The position numbers were made by a program, and so were the translations under genes. DNA of 47,261 nucleotides from Candidatus Thorarchaeota archaeon (GTDB taxonomy: Archaea > Asgardarchaeota > Thorarchaeia > Thorarchaeales > Thorarchaeaceae), in contig JAWOEX010000042.1 of NCBI GenBank assembly GCA_046482545.1, positions 1 through 47,261 of the forward strand, written 5' to 3'. Within the stretch, counting starts at the first letter, position 1, and each line of letters opens with the position of its first letter. Positions 10,213-18,637 of the stretch are shown in pieces. The notes under the pieces were generated by a model, which did no database searches, was not told the DNA's origin, and saw only the letters and a program-made list of their open reading frames with translations.

Positions 10213-10557
10213 ATGAAGCCATCTAGCAGTGAACCAATTGAAGGTAGTTGGAAAGGAGAGAATCCATCTCTTACTGTTGAGGCTGGTTCTACATTCTTTT
10301 TCAATTTTCATCGGCATGGTTCAGTTGGTGAAGATGCGAGATTTGAAATCGTGGACAGAGATATCATCAAGCACATGAAAACCGAGACTCATTACAAGTA
10401 TCCAGAGCGAATGAAACCCGGCTGGACTGGCGGAGATGCGGAAGCCGGGAAATGGTTATTCAAAGCGCTGAAGCCAGGAGAAACAAAAATCATAGTGCAG
10501 GAGCTTTTCCGCTTCGAGGTAGAAGAAACCCATGTGGTAGATGTCATCGTCATGTAA
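10213..10557 (+). CDS. chagasin/I42 protease-inhibitor-like protein
   Basis: LTVEAGSTF...GGDAEAGKWLFKALKPGETKI pattern and size typical of I42 beta-sandwiches. Confidence 0.55.
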   Translation: MKPSSSEPIEGSWKGENPSLTVEAGSTFFFNFHRHGSVGEDARFEIVDRDIIKHMKTETHYKYPERMKPGWTGGDAEAGKWLFKALKPGETKIIVQELFRFEVEETHVVDVIVM

Positions 10558-10575
10558 TAGGAAAAAGAGTAAGCA

Positions 10576-10626
10576 CCTGAGCTTTCTGATTGGCTTCCTT
10601 TGCGGCCAGATGAACGCAAGCTCAGG
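10576..10626. terminator. stem-loop between convergent genes
   Basis: CCTGAGCTT (10576-10584) pairs with AAGCTCAGG (10618-10626); inner TGGC/GCCA. Confidence 0.45.
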
Positions 10627-10641
10627 CATTCTAATCAAGGA

Positions 10642-11685
10642 CTAGGATTTTCGTACCTTCACCACAATTCCGATAATTAATACCACTCCAACTATAGCGA
10701 TGATTGCGAGAAATCCACCTAGGTCAATCATGCCTCCAGGAGTCTGAATGATATTAGCTACTCCAATCTTAGGGTCATGAACGATTCTATCCCCACGAGG
10801 ATAGTTAAGGAGCAACTCCTCCTCACTTTCCGAGGCTTCGGTCAAACTTGACTTGACTGCCATATCAACTCCGTCTACCGTAGCTGTTTCCTTCCAAGTG
10901 AAGAAACCACTGTATTCATTGTTTGTGAAGTCAATTCCTTCCTCCTCCGAGGCTCTTCCCTCTTCCTCGTCTTCCGTCTCTTCATCATATTCCTTTTCAA
11001 CTGAAGCTTCCAGCTCGACTTTCATTGCAAGCTGAGATGTGGCATTTTCGTAGTCGAAACCCTCAATGATCACATCGATTTTAATCTCATTGGGAGCCAC
11101 TGTTGTTCCGTTGATGTCAGCAAACTCCCCTGTTGCATAAACCCTGGCGGTAAAGACACCGTCCGAGGTAGCAGCTTCTAGAGTATGAACCACACCACTT
11201 GTTGTATTCTCAGTTGTATACGCAATTGGATTAAAATTTTCAATAGCATAGCTCTGAACAAAAGTGTCTATAGATTCATTGTAAAGACCATCATCATCGT
11301 TGTCAATATACTCAACAATTTCGTAGAAAGCCACTTCAAATTCAAGTTCTCGTTCTGATGTCTCATTCTCAGTTTCGTATTCAAGTTCGAATTCAACACC
11401 ATTTGACCCAGTCTTAACACTAATCTCGATGGATTCTTCCCCGCTGTCCGACTCTCTAGAGGATTCAATGGTGGCCTCGTTTTCTTGGACTTCCACCTCC
11501 ACCTCTCGTTCATTCTCTTCTTCGATTTCATCATCTACTCCGTCATCATCTTCGTCATCGAAGTCATCAGTCTCTTCAGTCTCCCCATTGTCGTCGTCTT
11601 GTGCATTCACACCAATCATAGGTGTTGCTAGGAGAAATAAAACTCCAAGCAGAAGAACCATGCGAAGCATTGTCTTTCTTTTCAA
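10642..11685 (-). CDS. highly acidic exported protein with C-terminal membrane anchor
   Basis: Signal peptide (..VNA-Q), D/E-rich segments, DxDxDG-like loops, IVHDPKIGV, and a C-terminal TM followed by KVRKS. Confidence 0.8.
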   Translation of the reverse strand: MKRKTMLRMVLLLGVLFLLATPMIGVNAQDDDNGETEETDDFDDEDDDGVDDEIEEENEREVEVEVQENEATIESSRESDSGEESIEISVKTGSNGVEFELEYETENETSERELEFEVAFYEIVEYIDNDDDGLYNESIDTFVQSYAIENFNPIAYTTENTTSGVVHTLEAATSDGVFTARVYATGEFADINGTTVAPNEIKIDVIIEGFDYENATSQLAMKVELEASVEKEYDEETEDEEEGRASEEEGIDFTNNEYSGFFTWKETATVDGVDMAVKSSLTEASESEEELLLNYPRGDRIVHDPKIGVANIIQTPGGMIDLGGFLAIIAIVGVVLIIGIVVKVRKS

Positions 11686-11765
11686 ATCTATTCACTATCT
11701 GTACTTCCTATTGTAATGTATTAACTTTATTTATAGAGAATACTGAATTGTGGACCAAATAGGGA

Positions 11766-11832
11766 CTTAAAACGTCTTAAGGCACATAATACGCTTCAAT
11801 ACAGTTCAAAATACTTCAATAAGGCACGTAAT
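11766..11832. promoter_or_regulatory. phased direct-repeat array upstream of 10642-11685
   Basis: TAAGGCAC(A/G)TAAT at 11778 and 11820; TTCAA three times and CTTAA twice at 10-bp period. Confidence 0.45.
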
Positions 11833-12138
11833 GGTCGTAAGACAACAGAAATCAAACCCCATAGGATCCTTCATTATACTTGGAGCCCTAACGATGATGG
11901 TACTCTGTTTCCCGGTTCGAAATGGAAGAAACATATCGTAGATGTCACAGTGAGGATTAAGATAACGCTCCTGTTTCTGGGCATTTGATTATATCAGTCA
12001 TTGCAGGCTTCTCAGAGGAGGGGCAATAGAAATCAAGCACTACACAGTTCAGCTTAATATTGCCAAGGTTGTTGTAGCCAATTCAACTGATTGAATCTTC
12101 GTAATCCGAAGAATTATGGCTCCCGTCTTGATGAAACC

Positions 12139-12429
12139 CTATTCTGTGTCAATGCGTTCTAGCTTGAAGATGACTGGGTTGAAACCATCCGGACACGCAT
12201 GAGTTGCTGAGCATTGATCTTCTAACCAAGGAAACCTTGCATTGTACATCATTGCGTAGACTTTGGGCATCATTGAATATAGAGCACTTATGCAAATCTT
12301 TCCTTTTACCTCTTCACCAGTGAAGATAACCTCATCCCCAACTTCGTGTCCGGCAGCACATTCACCTTCTTGAGAAACGACTGTACATCGTATGTTCCAC
12401 GTTTCGTTTCTTATGCAATCACTACTCAT
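12139..12429 (-). CDS. TIGR04076-family protein
   Basis: GECAAGHEVGD, ICISAL, CPDGFNPVIFKLER. Confidence 0.85.
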   Translation of the reverse strand: MSSDCIRNETWNIRCTVVSQEGECAAGHEVGDEVIFTGEEVKGKICISALYSMMPKVYAMMYNARFPWLEDQCSATHACPDGFNPVIFKLERIDTE

Positions 12430-12599
12430 TGAAATCAACTCTTACGGAATATTCTGTTGGCTCGATTATATTTCTTGTAGATATATAAGATCGACATCGC
12501 AATCAAGAGTCTTTCTGGTCCTCAGTGATATACCGTCTATCCCAGTTCCTCAGCAGCCCATCAATGGAGATTTGAAGGGCTCTAACTCGAGAATTCAGA

Positions 12600-12917
12600 T
12601 TAGCTCAGAAGGATTGTCTTTGAGTCATCTTTGTCAAACAGCTTCGTTTTTGCAGATGCATTTTTAACGACTTGAAACATCTTTTTGACATTTGAAGGCA
12701 TACGGATTTCAATTATTGTCTTAGAGGTTTCCGCTTTTCTGGATAAGTATTCATGAGCGAAAGAACGGGTAATCGTTCTTACATCGCTGAAATCCAAAAC
12801 AACGTCATTCTCAGGATACGACTCCAATTCTTCAATTAGTCTTTTGGCATTGTGCCTGAAGGCCAAGTCTGGAGATAGCATCTGAGCAATCATTATCTTC
12901 TTATTCGATGAAGCCAT
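12600..12917 (-). CDS. STAS-like (DUF4325-type) protein
   Basis: LAFRHNA, VVLDFSDVRTITRSFAHE; overlaps the upstream HATPase stop by 17 nt. Confidence 0.8.
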   Translation of the reverse strand: MASSNKKIMIAQMLSPDLAFRHNAKRLIEELESYPENDVVLDFSDVRTITRSFAHEYLSRKAETSKTIIEIRMPSNVKKMFQVVKNASAKTKLFDKDDSKTILLS

Positions 12918-13683
12918 ATATATCCACCACAGGCGCAGGATAAGGTACTCTGACGGTTACAAGAGTTCCTGCAAGCTCATAAGGTTTATTCAATGAGTAG
13001 AAATTCAAGTCTTCTTTCCTGTAATCAATGCCGCCTTTCCCTGATATGATGAAAATTTCACCTTCAATACCTTGAGTGAATATCTTGATTACTGTACCAA
13101 GACCGTATCCACGATCTTTGCTCTTGGTCGATATTCCATTAATGGCATCCCAAATTGCATCAACATCGTTGTTTCGTCCCATACCGTGTTTTGAGAAACA
13201 GCCGTTTATTGTAATGCCGTCGTCAAAAAAAGACACATCCATGAATTCACTTGATTCGTAGGCCTGAGCCATTACAATCGAATTGTTGAATTCTGAATGT
13301 TCATAGATATTGTCTACTATTTCACCTACAAGATACTTGAATGCATTCTCCCCGCCGCATTTTTGGCCGTCATTATGCATATCATATAGACGTTTAAGAA
13401 TTCGGTCAGTTTTAGTCTTCCCTTTTGGCAAGGATACAATAGGAAGATACGACTTATTCATCTGTTCGGCCAACTCGAAGCGAGAACCATTTGTCACAGT
13501 AGTCAGATACTTGGCCACATTTTCATTCTTAGGAGGAATCAGTGTCGGTGATTCTCTTTTGATGAAATCAAATAGCGGCAAGAGTGTAGTAGGAAATAAG
13601 AAACTCTCATCTGAGAGATCCAGTCGTCCTCGACATTCTCGTCTATATTGACAGAATTTCTTGTAGTTATCGATAAGGTTCAT
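12901..13683 (-). CDS. HATPase_c (GHKL) anti-sigma-type kinase-like protein
   Basis: N box EIVDNIYEHS, G1 DDGITI, GISTK, G2 RGYGL, GTLV. No HisKA H-box. Confidence 0.85.
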   Translation of the reverse strand: MNLIDNYKKFCQYRRECRGRLDLSDESFLFPTTLLPLFDFIKRESPTLIPPKNENVAKYLTTVTNGSRFELAEQMNKSYLPIVSLPKGKTKTDRILKRLYDMHNDGQKCGGENAFKYLVGEIVDNIYEHSEFNNSIVMAQAYESSEFMDVSFFDDGITINGCFSKHGMGRNNDVDAIWDAINGISTKSKDRGYGLGTVIKIFTQGIEGEIFIISGKGGIDYRKEDLNFYSLNKPYELAGTLVTVRVPYPAPVVDIYGFIE

Positions 13684-13792
13684 TTTCGGATGAGGATAAT
13701 GTAAAGCAGGATAAAACTCATTCGAATAACTTCCTTTCGATTAAATAATCGACCTGTGCAGAAACCGCTACGAATCGGACTCCACTATGGCC

Positions 13793-13823
13793 AAAAAAAG
13801 GTAAAGGGCTAGAAGCCCTTTAC
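13793..13823 (-). terminator. intrinsic terminator of the metacaspase gene
   Basis: Perfect 10-bp stem GTAAAGGGCT/AGCCCTTTAC (13801-13823) followed on the minus strand by a T7 run. Confidence 0.75.
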
Positions 13824-14689
13824 TTCACATAGAATGGAGTGCCAATGTTGTCCAACATTATTGGGCAGCTATCGGGCTGCTCATTAATGACAAGGGGACG
13901 CGCATACCAGAAGGCGTCTTGGGCATTGTCATAAGGCCCATTCAGAAGACCTTGGTCACCGAAATAGTAGAAGAACAGCGTATTCTGCAGTTCACCGTAG
14001 TCCCAGCCATATTGATCGGCCTCTGCTGCAGCAATATAGAGCCCTCCTGACCGAACTTCATATGTCTGGTCAAACATGCCTCCGCTGTGACAACTGCAGT
14101 AGATTGCAGCGAATCTATTAGATTCGAGCTCTGCAAATTTGCTCGTCATGTATGCATCAGTAATAGCATAGAGGTCCCACGAAACAATGCATTCATCATA
14201 GCCATCTGTTTCAGTGTCGCTATCCCAGCTTCCGTCTTGAGTTCTGGCACCGTGGCCAGAAAAGAAGAAGACTACTTCGGAATCGGGTCCTTCGTTCACT
14301 ATGAGCCAATCCATCAGTACATCGAAATTGTCGCTTGTCGCTGCTCCATCTAGAGCCAAGGCATAGTTGTATCCGTATGCCTCCAGAATATCCTTCATCT
14401 CTAAAGCGTCATTGTGGGGATTCATGAGGTCAGAAGACTGTCCGTCATAATCTGTAATCCCAATAATGACAGCCCATTTATCCTCTGGGGAATCCATGTA
14501 GTACACGATCTCTGATGCTGGAGGCTCTGGTTTGCCACCGCCGCCCCCGCCGCCACCAGGGCCGTTCCCTAGTACCATCTTGTTGTCCACTTCAATGACA
14601 AGAGAAGGCAGAAGAAGGCCCATGGCTAGGCCAAGAAGCAGAGCTAGAGCTACTGTTCTTTTCATATCATATCTCTTCATTCGTCTCAC
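13820..14689 (-). CDS. secreted caspase-family (C14 metacaspase-like) peptidase
   Basis: Signal peptide and Gly8/Pro linker; WAVIIGITDY, NDA, FFFSGHG (His), DGYDECIV and CSCHSGG (Cys). Confidence 0.9.
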   Translation of the reverse strand: MRRMKRYDMKRTVALALLLGLAMGLLLPSLVIEVDNKMVLGNGPGGGGGGGGKPEPPASEIVYYMDSPEDKWAVIIGITDYDGQSSDLMNPHNDALEMKDILEAYGYNYALALDGAATSDNFDVLMDWLIVNEGPDSEVVFFFSGHGARTQDGSWDSDTETDGYDECIVSWDLYAITDAYMTSKFAELESNRFAAIYCSCHSGGMFDQTYEVRSGGLYIAAAEADQYGWDYGELQNTLFFYYFGDQGLLNGPYDNAQDAFWYARPLVINEQPDSCPIMLDNIGTPFYVK

Positions 14690-14739
14690 CTATCTGACCC
14701 ACACTCTGAGTCATGATGCGTTACAAAATTAGGCGCAAT

Positions 14740-14748
14740 ATATAAGTG
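14740..14748 (-). promoter_or_regulatory. TATA-box-like CACTTATAT
   Basis: The identical 9-mer also lies just upstream of minus-strand genes at 37953-37961 and 44538-44546. Confidence 0.5.
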
Positions 14749-14812
14749 TACTTTATTTTCTCCACAAATACAGACTTATAAGAGTGACTCAGTTTCTAAT
14801 CAGGTATTGTAG

Positions 14813-15286
14813 GTGCGAGAGATGGGAAAGAATACAAGACTAGCTCTTGTTGTGATGATTCTCGTCGCGACCGGGATGGTTTCCTTTGTTGCTGCTCAGC
14901 CGAGGACTACCACTGGATACGATCTGCAGATAATAGACGCGTACTATGCAGACCTAGACGGAGACGGGTACGAAGACGACATCAAGATTCTGGTAGAGTT
15001 TTCATTCACCAGTAACGAGCCGTCGAAGGTTGACATGAGACTCACGATTGAATTGCCCTCAGGAACGGTCTATAGTTTCCGAGTTTCTGTGTATAGACCA
15101 CCTACCAAATCCGTTCTCAATATCGACTGTATTGATATGGCCACGGAGAGCGGCTGGTATACGGTTACTATGATAGCCTCAGTCATGGGCACAGGTAATG
15201 GCAAAATCTACGTCACTGACCAATTGAAATTCGATCCGCCGACTGAGACCGGTCCTGGTTTACCTGGAGTCGAGGCATACTTCTAA
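14813..15286 (+). CDS. secreted beta-rich protein with DxDGDG Ca-binding loop
   Basis: Signal peptide; DLDGDGYEDD; C-terminal FDPP. Confidence 0.75.
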   Translation: MREMGKNTRLALVVMILVATGMVSFVAAQPRTTTGYDLQIIDAYYADLDGDGYEDDIKILVEFSFTSNEPSKVDMRLTIELPSGTVYSFRVSVYRPPTKSVLNIDCIDMATESGWYTVTMIASVMGTGNGKIYVTDQLKFDPPTETGPGLPGVEAYF

Positions 15287-15308
15287 TACTTTAGAGGGTC
15301 GCATACGA

Positions 15309-16412
15309 GTGAAGCAGAATCGGTTCAATTTGCTCTTCAAGCTCCAAGAGATGCCGGTTGCTCCGGTGGCACAGCTTGCTAGGGAAATAGGAGTCTCAGC
15401 ACCAACTGTGCGTTCTTGGCTTGACGAATTGAGAGACCAAAGAGTTTTCGTCTCGGTCCCTGGTACCTTGAATGAGAAGAAGATAGGTCTGGAAACTCAC
15501 TCTTTCGTTGTCACCATAGATTCATATGCCTCAGTTGAGATGATTGAGGATTTTTGTGATGCCCATCCGTACACATCTTACAGAGGGAGAGTCTTTGGCG
15601 GAAACCTTCATGGAGTTTTTGTTCAGTTCCGAGAACCCAGTGCGGCAAGGATACATCTCTCGAATGCTTTGCAGATTATGAAGGAGAAAGAAATCATATC
15701 GGGAATGAGAGAACTCCCAACCCTAAGCGAACCATATACATCCACTAATACTCGTCCGAAGCTCGACGCATGGCACCCCGACAAGATGGTGTGGGAATTC
15801 GATTGGGACGGATGGTGGAACAGTGTCCCTAAGAAACGACCAGAAGGCAGTACCAAATTGGACAAGGATCAGACGCCTATTGAAATAGACAAACTGGACG
15901 TTCAACTTCTGGAAGAGCTTACGAAAGATGCGAGACGAAAAAACATTGACATGATTCAGGCGATTGGCAGAGACCCATATGAAAAAGGAGTACAACAGGA
16001 TGTTTCCAGACGACTCAGGAGACTTGAAGAAGAGGTCGTGGAAGCCTACAGAGTGTTCATCAATTGGACCCACTTCGATGTATACAACACTCCCATGGTT
16101 ATTGCAAAAGCTGAGAGAGAACTAACAGAGAAACTCGTGCATCATCTTATGAATAGTCAATTCCCCTTTGGGTCTAGTATTCGAATGATAGAGAATGGAT
16201 TTGTCTGGTCGGCTCGATTACCCAGTGCTCATCTGTCCGAGCTTGTCAGATTAGTTTGGAAAATTGCTGATACCTTCGAATTATTGATAATAGATTACAG
16301 GCACTCACAAATGTATGCTCTATGGTCAGATACATGGAATGAGAATTCACAAGATTGGAAGACTGACAGAGATTTTTGCATGCAATCCCCTTTGAAGGCC
16401 ATAGGGCTCTAG
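15309..16412 (+). CDS. tandem Lrp/AsnC-type transcriptional regulator
   Basis: N-terminal HTH (LAREIGVSAPTVR) and a second IDKLDVQLLEELTKDARR HTH. This duplicated architecture is common in Asgard archaea. Confidence 0.8.
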   Translation: MKQNRFNLLFKLQEMPVAPVAQLAREIGVSAPTVRSWLDELRDQRVFVSVPGTLNEKKIGLETHSFVVTIDSYASVEMIEDFCDAHPYTSYRGRVFGGNLHGVFVQFREPSAARIHLSNALQIMKEKEIISGMRELPTLSEPYTSTNTRPKLDAWHPDKMVWEFDWDGWWNSVPKKRPEGSTKLDKDQTPIEIDKLDVQLLEELTKDARRKNIDMIQAIGRDPYEKGVQQDVSRRLRRLEEEVVEAYRVFINWTHFDVYNTPMVIAKAERELTEKLVHHLMNSQFPFGSSIRMIENGFVWSARLPSAHLSELVRLVWKIADTFELLIIDYRHSQMYALWSDTWNENSQDWKTDRDFCMQSPLKAIGL

Positions 16413-16712
16413 TCTCCCTAAGTAGGCAACCGAACAATTGAGAGATACAATTTCTTCTCTCGCTTCGTGAAATTAAATCGGAAACCGTTTGTTAACTATT
16501 TCAGATAGTTAGATGCATCCCTATTCTGGGGAAGTGCGCTTTTGGGCTTCTTCTCAATGAAATCGAATGACGGTAGGAATGTGGTGGGAAAGAAGCACTC
16601 GCTAGAAGGATTAAGTTTTCTCTCATCGTTACAGTGCTGTCAACACTCGCAGAATTCCTCATAATGATTGATAAGATTCATGGGTGAAACGCAAGGCACT
16701 GCCATTTGGACA

Positions 16713-17369
16713 CTATTCTTTCGATTGAGGAGTATTTCCATCATTAAAAATCTCCACTGCCTTTAAACCTTCAGTCAATTCATCGATAGAAATGCCCATG
16801 TCGCTGATACACTCATTGAGTTGCTTGGCAAGTGATACTATCGAAAGAATCACATCAATCTGCTCCCATGTTTTCTCCGAGGCCCTGATGGCACTCTCGA
16901 TTACGCTGTTCGTATCTGCTTTGAGAACAAAAGCAGCTGTTCGTAAGGAAACCTCCTTGACATCTCTGCTATTACCCGCCCAAAAGGCTGCTGACAAAGG
17001 ATCTAAGAATACTTCCACACCATCATGCCGAGTCACCATGTGAACTTTCGTTACACGTCTTTGTGTATGTTCACTTGAATTTGCCTCGGAAGAGACCCTG
17101 AGAGAAGAATTCTGGTTCTTTTGGGTAAGGTTGGAGTGAACCCGTAGAGTAGGTCCTCTTGGTAAAGATATAGAAAAAGCACCAATACGGATCAATGTGT
17201 CAATCTTCTCCAGTTCCGATTCGCTTTGATTGGATTTCCATAATGATTCGATGCTAATAGAAGACCCATGTTGAAACGTAATAGTTGTCGTTATCCGTTT
17301 CATACCAGCGTCGTCTTCCTCTGATTTGGTCACAATATCCGTTTCATTATTGTTGCTCATGATGTACAT
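16713..17369 (-). CDS. hypothetical protein
   Basis: 218-aa ORF with GGAG upstream; no family recognised. Confidence 0.55.
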   Translation of the reverse strand: MYIMSNNNETDIVTKSEEDDAGMKRITTTITFQHGSSISIESLWKSNQSESELEKIDTLIRIGAFSISLPRGPTLRVHSNLTQKNQNSSLRVSSEANSSEHTQRRVTKVHMVTRHDGVEVFLDPLSAAFWAGNSRDVKEVSLRTAAFVLKADTNSVIESAIRASEKTWEQIDVILSIVSLAKQLNECISDMGISIDELTEGLKAVEIFNDGNTPQSKE

Positions 17370-17563
17370 CCGCTCCTGATTTTCCGATTGGCAGCAATAT
17401 GATGAAGACCCAAAACGCCTCTAGCTTATGTAGAGATTCTCTTGAAGTGGTATGCAAAATCTAATAACTTGGTAATCAAGTGAATGATGGTTCTTCTTTC
17501 AAGCGTTTCCTTAACGAATAACCGTTGTGTTCAAATCCTTCACATCTAATAGATATCTCTGAT

Positions 17564-17842
17564 TCACGCTGCTTCTATGCCTTGCTTTTTACTCTCCTCT
17601 AGGATGGCCTGCTCTATTCTAGCTGTAGTAGGATTACTACCGACCAGCTTGTTACCAACTATCACACCACGATAACGAATGCCATACTCCTTGGCAACCT
17701 CACTATCAGCTGAATATTCCTTGTATTCAACTATGTCTCTATGCTTTTTGACCGCCTGATAGACACGGCCAAGAAATCCGCTCTGACTGCAACCACATAC
17801 GCCTACCGCTGTGAATACCATAACTGGGATTCTCTCAGAGAT
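17564..17842 (-). CDS. small thioredoxin-fold protein with CxC motif
   Basis: VFTAVGVCGCS...AKEYGI...VIVGNKLV..PT..RIEQAI. First ATG is at 17821; a possible ATC start is at 17842. Confidence 0.65.
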   Translation of the reverse strand: MSERIPVMVFTAVGVCGCSQSGFLGRVYQAVKKHRDIVEYKEYSADSEVAKEYGIRYRGVIVGNKLVGSNPTTARIEQAILEESKKQGIEAA

Positions 17843-17846
17843 AATA

Positions 17847-18254
17847 TCACTTCCATTCGTTTCTTAGACGATCAACATGTTCTGCAATATCATCTGCAAT
17901 TCTGTCGATAAGGTCACTATTCCCATCTATAATCCCTCCTTCATCAGCTGCTGAACTCGAGTTTTCTACGTAGTCCCCCAAGTTAATTCTCACAGCTGGT
18001 TCGCTGCTGTATCTTGCCGTACCCTTTGCCGCACAGAGTTTACTACAGCCGTCAATTGTTACGGTAGGGAAGTTCTTGGCAAACTCCCGCTCTCCCTCAC
18101 CCCCAGCCAAAAAGAGGGGGAGACATATCGTCACCGTATCATCTGGTTTCAGGTGATGTAGAACCTCAAGTGTAGCAGCGCGTGAGATCTTTCCACCTTT
18201 GCATGCTTCACCACTACAGGAGATTAATCCAATCTTTGGTTTAAATGTCATCAC
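17847..18254 (-). CDS. DGC-domain (putative metal-binding) protein
   Basis: ISCSG, TICLP and IDGCSKLCA motifs. Confidence 0.88.
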   Translation of the reverse strand: MMTFKPKIGLISCSGEACKGGKISRAATLEVLHHLKPDDTVTICLPLFLAGGEGEREFAKNFPTVTIDGCSKLCAAKGTARYSSEPAVRINLGDYVENSSSAADEGGIIDGNSDLIDRIADDIAEHVDRLRNEWK

Positions 18255-18634
18255 TCAGTACCTCCATCATCAACGATTAAATCGATGATATCTTCTGCAA
18301 GAAGTCGTCCACCCTTGCCAATATCAAGCACTGTGTCAGGTTTATGTTCCCTGTTCTCTGCGAGTACTTTCGCAGCTAGTATCTGGATAACGGGCTCTCC
18401 TCCTACATGCTTGACTAAAGCCGATGCACATTTTTTCGGACAACCATCAACCGTGTATACATCTGACTCTACCACTCTTTTCTTTGCTTCTTCATCTTCA
18501 GTTAGCAGGAGTGGTAGACAGATTGTCATGTACTGGTCGTAAGCCTTGGAGTCCGCCATTTTCGAAGCGACTTCCCTTGTGACAGCTCCCAATGCTTTTC
18601 CAATTCCACTGCACGGAACTACTACGTTCTTCAT
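18251..18634 (-). CDS. DGC-domain (putative metal-binding) protein
   Basis: VPCSG, TICLP and VDGCPKKCA motifs. Confidence 0.88.
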   Translation of the reverse strand: MKNVVVPCSGIGKALGAVTREVASKMADSKAYDQYMTICLPLLLTEDEEAKKRVVESDVYTVDGCPKKCASALVKHVGGEPVIQILAAKVLAENREHKPDTVLDIGKGGRLLAEDIIDLIVDDGGTE

Positions 18635-18637
18635 TGT

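Noticed and set aside
11831-11941. 36-codon ORF resembling a signal peptide (MVVRQQK..FIILGALTMMVLC)
   Set aside because: Too short, with no recognisable continuation; it may be a gene relic but this cannot be supported.
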